Shown here one piece after another: positions 27,051-36,798 of a stretch of 64,000 nucleotides of DNA. Positions within the stretch are counted from its first letter, which is position 1. Every line of letters starts with the position of its first letter. This stretch comes from Eledone cirrhosa (Eukaryota), in contig OZ024745.1 of the NCBI GenBank assembly GCA_964016885.1, positions 558,001 to 622,000 of the forward strand, read 5' to 3'. The notes beneath the pieces are model-generated. The model was given only the letters and a program-made list of their open reading frames with translations. It was not told where the DNA came from and ran no database searches. A program made the translations under genes and the position numbers.

Positions 27051-27624
27051 ACATATATGATATGTTTATGTCAAACAAATATATCATAAGCTGCACCTAT
27101 CACTGTTTTAAGATGTGATCTGATCACAAGCTTAAAATACCCATAGCGACACTTATGCATGTTTAATGCACTGGGTAATTGCTGGCCTTGTGCCTAAAGT
27201 AGAAACAATTATAAACATATCATATGAGACTTCATTTCATATACACCTCTATTATGAATCAGAGTATTAGTGATACACCTCTATTGTGAATCAGATTGTG
27301 TTAGTGAAACTGCTGACAGTATATAGAGTCAGTATAAGAACTTTTATTTATGATGACTATTTAATTCAAAGCCCCCCACCCCTCAACTTTATTGGCTTAT
27401 CAAAACTGTTTTGATAAGCCAATAACACCAGTAAAACATCAAATTAAACAGTTACCACCATCATCATCATTTTATATCCACTCTGATGATGAGGAGGTCA
27501 TTATCTTTATAGAGGTCTATCTAATAAAAAGCTGTTTAAATGTTTAGAATTGAGATCTACTTAACTGTAAAGTGGTTGGTGATAGGAACAGCATCTAGCT
27601 GTAGAAAACTTACCAAACTGTCAA

Positions 27625-27878
27625 GAAGACTCTACAGTTGTGTGAAGGTCATGGTCAGAAAAACTGTTCAGTTGTGTGGAGGTCGTGGTCAGAAAGACTG
27701 TTCAGGTGTGTGGAGGTCATGGTCAGAAAGACTAGTTGTGTGAAGGTCATGGTTGCAAGGACTCTTCAGTTGTGTGAAGGTCATGGTCAGAAATACACTT
27801 CAGTTGTGCCAAGGTCATGGCTGGAAGGACTCTTCAGTTGGGTCAAGGTCATGGTTAGAAGGATTCTTCAGTTGTGTC
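27625..27878. repeat. Degenerate ~39-bp tandem repeat (CTTCAGTTGTGTGAAGGTCATGGTCAGAAAGA-like), ~7 units
   Basis: Direct reading. Confidence 0.8.
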
Positions 27879-29092
27879 TTACTATAGCTATACTATATGT
27901 CAAACAGGGTATATGCTATGATCCTGTCTACAGAGGAATCTTACTATAGTTATACAATATATGTCAAACAGGGTGTAGAATACAGCTGAAATGATCAACT
28001 AATTTGCATGGCACACATTCATTTGGTAACAATAATTAATTAATTAATATCTATGCTAAAACAGAGTATATATTAGCAGGTTTTAAGGTAAATTTAATGT
28101 AGATATAAATACAGTTTCTTTTAATTACAAACCCCTGTGAAAATAATTATATTGAAGAAGAGTTTGACCATTTGAAAAATTTGAAGAATAATGTACAACT
28201 GAACAATTATTATCATTTCAAATTCAGGTAACATACGGGGGTTGTCTGAAAGATCAGGAGTGATGCTAGAGCTGTGAAATATTGCATGCAATAATTTCAA
28301 ATCTTAATAACTGCATTGTTTCTTTCCAAGGATTGTGTTGAAAATTAAACATCATTTGGTGATTCCATGAAAGTATCTTAATCAGCCTTTTCAGTTGACC
28401 CTCGTACTCTGTCAGGAGCAATTCTGCATGACAGAAAGTCCAGTGTTGTCCCACACAAAACTGAAGCATGAGGTTATTGTTGTGCTGGACCAGTTGCTCC
28501 AAACATGTTTATTTGTGACTTAAGTGCCATTAAGTCTGCTTAAATTAAAACTGTTTAACAACAACAACAACTAACCTCTAGAAAATTAGGAGCTTTGAGA
28601 CAATGTCAGAGTGTTTAGTTGCAGAGTACACAGCAGACACTTTGGTTAGTAGTGTTTATACCATTAATCAATGCATGAATAGTGATATTATTAAGAGAAG
28701 AGATAAACAGTAAGATTCCAGTATTATTGTGAATGTATTTACTGTTTTACCAATTTAATATCACTGGCAATAGCTAAAACAAACAATAAAACAAAAATAT
28801 TCAAATTTTGTATGAAGAAGACATTTGTACCAAATAGCAAGAACTTATAGAAGTTACATGATGGTATCAGATATAGGCCAAAGAGACTAATAAAGATGAG
28901 AACTAAGTACTATATTGTTCTATGAAATACACTGTGGAAGCACAATAGAGAGCAATGAAGAAAAAAAAAAAAAACTAAACAAATACAAATTTAGCATTAA
29001 TAAAGGGGGCATTTATATGTGTGTGTATCATCACCATTTAATGTCCATTTTGCCATACTAGCATGGGTTAGACGAGTTGTCCCAAGAGTAAG

Positions 29093-29123
<31 letters not shown>

Positions 29124-29150
29124 GGGAGTTGTATTATATATATATAATGA

Positions 29151-29184
<34 letters not shown>

Positions 29185-29998
29185 AGGAGTTGTATTATAT
29201 ATATATATAATGAAATTAGGATAATTGACAAGAAGACAACGAATGAAAAAAATGTTTAAAGGGGAGCCATAAAAAAAATTTTTTTTAAATAAAAAGACAA
29301 ACGAAAGACACAGTATTCCAAGGTCTTCAGCCATTAAGATGGACTTTGGCAATTTCGACCCCTACTAATTGTACTGCTGGTTCAACCAAGGTCAAAGTGT
29401 TATCATTGGAGCAAAAGACAAGTCCAAATAATAACTTTCAGCAATTAAGCCATAACAGGTACACGTGGAATTTTATGTGATGACTGGCAGAAGGTATTGT
29501 ACTATAACAACAATAGTCTCATGAGACTGAAAAAAGAGAGGTGACAAAAGAGAAAGAAAGAAACAAAAGGCAAGAAGACAAGCAGATTGGAAGAGTTGGT
29601 GGAGCATCATATGGAATGTTTTGTACAATTTGTTCTGATTCTCTGAACACTGAATTCAAATTGTTAACATGGTCTTTTATATTTCCAAGGTCAATAATTA
29701 AAGTATTAGTTGAAGGCAGTGAATTGGTGGAAACGTTATTGGCTGATGTCTTGTGGTATATAATATTCCTGCTTGTTGTGAGGGTAACAGCTGTCACTGG
29801 TACCATCTTTTCCTCTTGGACTACTGGCATAGATGAAAACAGACTCACATACACAGGAAACTGATATTCTTCAACACACAAAAAGGAAAAAAAAACTTGT
29901 CCAGGATCTTTCCAAGTGCAAATATTTAGAACCTCTCTCATAGATGATAAAAGCTTTCAATATCCACACGCACATACATATATATACACACACACGCA

Positions 29999-30054
<56 letters not shown>

Positions 30055-30174
30055 ACGAGTGTTTGACTCTAATGCACTCAAGTGTTTTTATCTTATATAT
30101 ATATATATAAATACACACACACATATATATATATATATAATATAAGATCAAAAGATGGTTAAAGGAGTTCAATA

Positions 30175-30245
30175 TATTTTATTATGCGCATTTCAAAAAC
30201 AAACATCATTAAACAATAATATTTGTGTTTTCATCAGATAAAATA
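30175..30245 (-). ncRNA. Type I hammerhead ribozyme (copy 1)
   Basis: Reverse complement of 36524-36594. Confidence 0.88.
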
Positions 30246-31472
30246 GGAGAACATGATATGAAGGCTAAAAAAACACTTGTTGATAGTGCAGTTTTAAATC
30301 AACATATGAAAAGTGGTTTTAGATTGATGTGTGATATTGGGAAAAATATTTTATTTAGAGAGGGGGGGAGAGAAAAGGATGAAAAGGGAAGGAGATGAGA
30401 GGGAGAGATGGGTGATAGAGAGAAAGAGATAGTTTTTATAACAGAGAGGAGATATATATTATATAGAGGGGTTGAAAACCGTTGGAAGATACTGTATAAA
30501 TTAAAAATTTTGAAAATTAACGAAGGGAGGATATGTGCGAGGAAAAAATATATTATATTTAGGGAGGGGTGGGGGTGGAAAGGATGAAAAAAAGGGGAGG
30601 AGATGAGAGTGAAGGTGGAAAGGGAGAGATGGGTGATAGAGAGAAAGAGATAGTTTTTATAACTGAGAAAAAGATATAATGTTTTAATATAGAGAGGTTG
30701 GGAACCGTTGGAAGATAATGTATAAATTAAAGGAATTTGAAAATTAACGAAGGGAAATTATGTATGGAGATAGAGAGAAAAAATAACGAAGGGAGATTAT
30801 GTATGGAGATAGAGAGAAAAAAATAATAATTGTGGGTGAATATTCAAAAGGAGAAATGTAGGAATCTTAAAATTAGCAAAGAGAAAATGTTTATGTATAG
30901 GATTTGAGAAAAATTTATATTGAATTCATATGTATTAATAATGAGTTTGTTGATGGGGAGAAAAAAAAAAAAAAAAAATAATAATAATAATAAATTAAGG
31001 ATGAAATTGAGATTAAAAAGATTTATGATAGAGAGAAAAAATAATAATGATTGCGGATGAATACTCAAAATGTCAAAAACAAATGTTATTGTTTTACGAA
31101 GAGATATAATGAGGGTGATGAGTAAACGGGTATTATAGAGTGTATAATGCCCTTTAAAGTAAGGTAGATGGGTATATTTTAAAGAATATATGAGTATATA
31201 TTAAAAAAATATATATAATAATAAATTAAGGATGAAATTGAGATTAAAAAGATTTATGATAGAGGGAAAAAAATAATAATGATTGCGGATGAATATTCAA
31301 AATGTCAAAAACAAATGTTATTGTTTTACGAGAAGATAGGATGAGGTAAATGAATAAACGAGTACTATAGAGTGTATAATGCCCTTTAAAGTAAGGTAGA
31401 TGGGTATATTTTAAAGAGGTGTATGTATATGTGCCTTTGAGAAAAGATTCTAAATTGATAAAGAATTGAATA

Positions 31473-33875
31473 TTAACTGTATACTTTGTGAAAAGTTCTA
31501 TGGAATTTATGAAGGCAGATGGAAAACAAATCCGAGCGTCTATTTATTATGGATTCTAGGTTAGAGATAATGGTAAATTTTTCATTTAGGCAGAGATTAC
31601 AGATTTTAGATAGAGAACTGTTCAAGTACGAGGATGCAGAAGAAATCTTTTTCCAAAAGATGTTATATTTAATGTTTTTGTCTTTTAAGGACCATATGAG
31701 TTCTGAGAGAGCAGTGTTAGTTCTTTTAAGTTTGTATTTGAAAGATGAATGATGATTATAGAGACGAGCTTTAAAAGAGGTGGAAGTGGAGCCAAAATAG
31801 GTGAAGGAGTTGGTGCTAGTTATAATTTTACATTCATAAATTAAGTTTTTATCGAGGCAATGGTTGTTGAGAGGACATTTATTTTTAATGCGGCAGTTGC
31901 AATTAGAGAGATTATTAATGAGTGATCTAGTGTTATCTATAGAAGGAATTGGATTGGAGAAGTTGTTTGCGATAGGAATAATAGGAATAATAGTTTCTTG
32001 ATTTAGAGTTGGATTATGAACATTTAGCGAAGTTGTGTTTGACGTTGTATTTGGGTTTACAGAAGTTAGCCTAGGGTTTACAATGACGTCAGGAGTACTA
32101 TTATTGTTATTATGAGATTCAATATTGGAAGGAAGAGATTTAGTATTTAATATTTTGTTGTTGTGTTTAGAAATGATGTTGGAAATATTGGAGGATGTAG
32201 AATACGAAAATTTAATGGTGTGTTTGTTAAATATTTTACTATAGATATGTGAGGGAGGGAAGCATTTATTTAAGGCACTAAAAAATAATTTAGGAATATT
32301 GTTATTAATAGAGATGGAGAAAGGAGCATTATACCAGATTATGTTTTTGTATCTAGGTCTTTTATTAAAATTATTGGAATGGTTATGATTAAATATTCTA
32401 CTGTAAGTTTTCCTAGAATTTGTTTCTTTATTATATTTGATTTTATCTGGATAGCCAGCTTTAGAAAGTGCGTTATTATAGTAATTGGCGTTAGCATCAA
32501 AGATGTTTTTATTAGAAGATATGTTAGATATTCTATTTCCAATATTATTAACTATAGCATTCTTGATATTGGTAGGATGGTTAGATTTAAAGTTAACATA
32601 ATTAAGATTCTCATTGTTTTTATGGTAAGGGTAATATAGGCCAGTGTCAAGATTAAGAGATACATCCAAGAAATTAGCTAGTTTGGTACTATTATCAAAT
32701 TCAATTTTTAGGTTATGTTGGTTAAAGAGATTACGTATATTGTTCTTAATAATATTAAGTTTAACTATATTGCAATTTAGGATAGTAAAGAGTCCATCGT
32801 CACGATAAATTCCACCGCGAAGTTGAGGAATTTTCCGACTCAAAGAGTTCAAAATGAAGATACCAATTAAATCAGTCAATTGGGATGAATCGGATGCTCC
32901 CATTGTGATGTCGAAGTTGTTAGAGGTATCGGCTCTGGTCCAATATTCGTTGTTGAACTCTAGGATGGTTTTACGTGCGGTGAGGATGATGTGAAGTTCA
33001 TCTGTGGTGATGTCAGAATATTTAAGTGCGAAAGATAGAGCATTATTGAGAAGTGAAGGCGAAATGGAGGAATAGTAGCTGGCAATATCGAATTGAATAA
33101 ATTTTAGTTTGTTTTTATTATCCAATTTGTTGAACCAGCCAATCACTTCAGAAGTACCAAACCATAAATTTAGGTTTAAAGAAGAGCAATTAGAACTAAC
33201 CTGTGGGATAATCCTATCCAAGATGGCTTTACTAACAACCCCCAGATCAGATTTAGAGGGGGCGATTAATCTAACAGGTAGTTCAGTGCGAAAATTGTTT
33301 TTGTGATCCTTGAGATTTATCCTCGGAGTTCTTGGGAGGAATGGTTCGGTCTTTTTTTCAATGCCAAGTTTTGACATAATCTCATAGGCTTCAAGGTTTA
33401 TGCATTCTAAATTTTCATGGTTGGTTTTACGATACTTTTTCCTAAGTTCCTTTAGGATAAGGTTGTTATAATTATCCTTGGAAATACCATATAGGTTATT
33501 GGTTTTGTCAGAGTGGACTAAAACATTTTTTGAGGAATTTAGGTTAGAGATTGTGTTCTTGAGATTTACAAGGTGCTCTTGTCCTTTGTAAGGGTATCTC
33601 TTGAATTTAAGATTTTTTATAATTTTAGTTAATTCTTCCTCGAATTGTGCTAGATTTTTGTTGGAAGGAGGATTTCGTCTGGAATTAAAAAGATGATCGA
33701 GGAAGTTGTGTTCTTTGGTATGAAAGTTCCCTTTTAGGCGCTGGTCATAGAAATAGGCTGTCCATCTAAGTCTTCTTACGAAGGAGTCAGTTTTTTCAAT
33801 AAGAAGTTTGGTGAATTCAGATTTACCAGGTATAGGAATGACTTTAGTAGAATTGGTTATGTTGTAATAATCCAT
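31473..33875 (-). CDS. Penelope-like RT-GIY-YIG polyprotein, intact (~800 aa from ATG 33875; ORF track extends to a TTG at 33935)
   Basis: FIQFDIASYYSSI, MGASDSS, IYRDDGL, FLDVSL; CNCR..CPL..C; LIYEC..YFGST..FKAR..HH; CNLCLNEK; differs from the + copy by one residue (V vs D). Confidence 0.92.
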   Translation of the reverse strand: MDYYNITNSTKVIPIPGKSEFTKLLIEKTDSFVRRLRWTAYFYDQRLKGNFHTKEHNFLDHLFNSRRNPPSNKNLAQFEEELTKIIKNLKFKRYPYKGQEHLVNLKNTISNLNSSKNVLVHSDKTNNLYGISKDNYNNLILKELRKKYRKTNHENLECINLEAYEIMSKLGIEKKTEPFLPRTPRINLKDHKNNFRTELPVRLIAPSKSDLGVVSKAILDRIIPQVSSNCSSLNLNLWFGTSEVIGWFNKLDNKNKLKFIQFDIASYYSSISPSLLNNALSFALKYSDITTDELHIILTARKTILEFNNEYWTRADTSNNFDITMGASDSSQLTDLIGIFILNSLSRKIPQLRGGIYRDDGLFTILNCNIVKLNIIKNNIRNLFNQHNLKIEFDNSTKLANFLDVSLNLDTGLYYPYHKNNENLNYVNFKSNHPTNIKNAIVNNIGNRISNISSNKNIFDANANYYNNALSKAGYPDKIKYNKETNSRKTYSRIFNHNHSNNFNKRPRYKNIIWYNAPFSISINNNIPKLFFSALNKCFPPSHIYSKIFNKHTIKFSYSTSSNISNIISKHNNKILNTKSLPSNIESHNNNNSTPDVIVNPRLTSVNPNTTSNTTSLNVHNPTLNQETIIPIIPIANNFSNPIPSIDNTRSLINNLSNCNCRIKNKCPLNNHCLDKNLIYECKIITSTNSFTYFGSTSTSFKARLYNHHSSFKYKLKRTNTALSELIWSLKDKNIKYNIFWKKISSASSYLNSSLSKICNLCLNEKFTIISNLESIINRRSDLFSICLHKFHRTFHKVYS

Positions 33876-33952
33876 GTTGTAGAAGAAGAGGTGAAGGACC
33901 ATCAAAAGGTATCCAATATGAGAGTAAGCGCTCAACCGTTAAGGAGCAAGTA

Positions 33953-35304
33953 AACTTCGCGGTGGAATTTATCGTGACGATGGACTCTTTACTATCCTAA
34001 ATTGCAATATAGTTAAACTTAATATTATTAAGAACAATATACGTAATCTCTTTAACCAACATAACCTAAAAATTGAATTTGATAATAGTACCAAACTAGC
34101 TAATTTCTTGGATGTATCTCTTAATCTTGACACTGGCCTATATTACCCTTACCATAAAAACAATGAGAATCTTAATTATGTTAACTTTAAATCTAACCAT
34201 CCTACCAATATCAAGAATGCTATAGTTAATAATATTGGAAATAGAATATCTAACATATCTTCTAATAAAAACATCTTTGATGCTAACGCCAATTACTATA
34301 ATAACGCACTTTCTAAAGCTGGCTATCCAGATAAAATCAAATATAATAAAGAAACAAATTCTAGGAAAACTTACAGTAGAATATTTAATCATAACCATTC
34401 CAATAATTTTAATAAAAGACCTAGATACAAAAACATAATCTGGTATAATGCTCCTTTCTCCATCTCTATTAATAACAATATTCCTAAATTATTTTTTAGT
34501 GCCTTAAATAAATGCTTCCCTCCCTCACATATCTATAGTAAAATATTTAACAAACACACCATTAAATTTTCGTATTCTACATCCTCCAATATTTCCAACA
34601 TCATTTCTAAACACAACAACAAAATATTAAATACTAAATCTCTTCCTTCCAATATTGAATCTCATAATAACAATAATAGTACTCCTGACGTCATTGTAAA
34701 CCCTAGGCTAACTTCTGTAAACCCAAATACAACGTCAAACACAACTTCGCTAAATGTTCATAATCCAACTCTAAATCAAGAAACTATTATTCCTATTATT
34801 CCTATCGCAAACAACTTCTCCAATCCAATTCCTTCTATAGATAACACTAGATCACTCATTAATAATCTCTCTAATTGCAACTGCCGCATTAAAAATAAAT
34901 GTCCTCTCAACAACCATTGCCTCGATAAAAACTTAATTTATGAATGTAAAATTATAACTAGCACCAACTCCTTCACCTATTTTGGCTCCACTTCCACCTC
35001 TTTTAAAGCTCGTCTCTATAATCATCATTCATCTTTCAAATACAAACTTAAAAGAACTAACACTGCTCTCTCAGAACTCATATGGTCCTTAAAAGACAAA
35101 AACATTAAATATAACATCTTTTGGAAAAAGATTTCTTCTGCATCCTCGTACTTGAACAGTTCTCTATCTAAAATCTGTAATCTCTGCCTAAATGAAAAAT
35201 TTACCATTATCTCTAACCTAGAATCCATAATAAATAGACGCTCGGATTTGTTTTCCATCTGCCTTCATAAATTCCATAGAACTTTTCACAAAGTATACAG
35301 TTAA
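33953..35304 (+). pseudogene. 5'-truncated copy of the same ORF, starting just before the YRDD motif
   Basis: Matches 37850-39201; begins at the inversion junction. Confidence 0.9.
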
Positions 35305-36523
35305 TATTCAATTCTTTATCAATTTAGAATCTTTTCTCAAAGGCACATATACATACACCTCTTTAAAATATACCCATCTACCTTACTTTAAAGGGCATTA
35401 TACACTCTATAGTACTCGTTTATTCATTTACCTCATCCTATCTTCTCGTAAAACAATAACATTTGTTTTTGACATTTTGAATATTCATCCGCAATCATTA
35501 TTATTTTTTTCCCTCTATCATAAATCTTTTTAATCTCAATTTCATCCTTAATTTATTATTATATATATTTTTTTAATATATACTCATATATTCTTTAAAA
35601 TATACCCATCTACCTTACTTTAAAGGGCATTATACACTCTATAATACCCGTTTACTCATCACCCTCATTATATCTCTTCGTAAAACAATAACATTTGTTT
35701 TTGACATTTTGAGTATTCATCCGCAATCATTATTATTTTTTCTCTCTATCATAAATCTTTTTAATCTCAATTTCATCCTTAATTTATTATTATTATTATT
35801 TTTTTTTTCTCCCCATCAACAAACTCATTATTAATACATATGAATTCAATATAAATTTTTCTCAAATCCTATACATAAACATTTTCTCTTTGCTAATTTT
35901 AAGATTCCTACATTTCTCCTTTTGAATATTCACCCACAATTATTATTTTTTTCTCTCTATCTCCATACATAATCTCCCTTCGTTATTTTTTCTCTCTATC
36001 TCCATACATAATTTCCCTTCGTTAATTTTCAAATTCCTTTAATTTATACATTATCTTCCAACGGTTCCCAACCTCTCTATATTAAAACATTATATCTTTT
36101 TCTCAGTTATAAAAACTATCTCTTTCTCTCTATCACCCATCTCTCCCTTTCCACCTTCACTCTCATCTCCTCCCCTTTTTTTCATCCTTTCCACCCCCAC
36201 CCCTCCCTAAATATAATATATTTTTTCCTCGCACATATCCTCCCTTCGTTAATTTTCAAAATTTTTAATTTATACAGTATCTTCCAACGGTTTTCAACCC
36301 CTCTATATAATATATATCTCCTCTCTGTTATAAAAACTATCTCTTTCTCTCTATCACCCATCTCTCCCTCTCATCTCCTTCCCTTTTCATCCTTTTCTCT
36401 CCCCCCCTCTCTAAATAAAATATTTTTCCCAATATCACACATCAATCTAAAACCACTTTTCATATGTTGATTTAAAACTGCACTATCAACAAGTGTTTTT
36501 TTAGCCTTCATATCATGTTCTCC

Positions 36524-36594
36524 TATTTTATCTGATGAAAACACAAATATTATTGTTTAATGATGTTTGTTTTTGAAATGCGCATAATAAAATA
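36524..36594 (+). ncRNA. Type I hammerhead ribozyme (copy 2)
   Basis: Stem I TATTTTAT/ATAAAATA; CTGATGA 36532-36538; long stem II AAACACAAATATTATT-GTTT-AATGATGTTTGTTTTT; GAAA 36575-36578; palindromic stem III TGCGCA; AUA cleavage triplet ending at 36586. Confidence 0.9.
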
Positions 36595-36798
36595 TATTGA
36601 ACTCCTTTAACCATCTTTTGATCTTATATTATGCATACTCCAGTCCCACAAACTGTAGAGTGCTTCTTATCCGATATCTGCATTGCTTTATTGTACTACA
36701 ATAAAACTCACCTCCTACATTTACTTGCTCCTTAACGGTTGAGCGCTTACTCTCATATTGGATACCTTTTGATGGTCCTTCACCTCTTCTTCTACAAC

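Noticed and set aside
28110-28510. Possible plus-strand exons (CAG|GTAAC at ~28230, TTTTCAG at ~28395)
   Set aside because: Phases do not join into an open frame and no homology was recognised
36739-36798. ORF start given by the track
   Set aside because: It is a TTG start from bacterial-style calling; PLE-like sequence begins near ATG 36799 (an ATG at 36772 is also possible)
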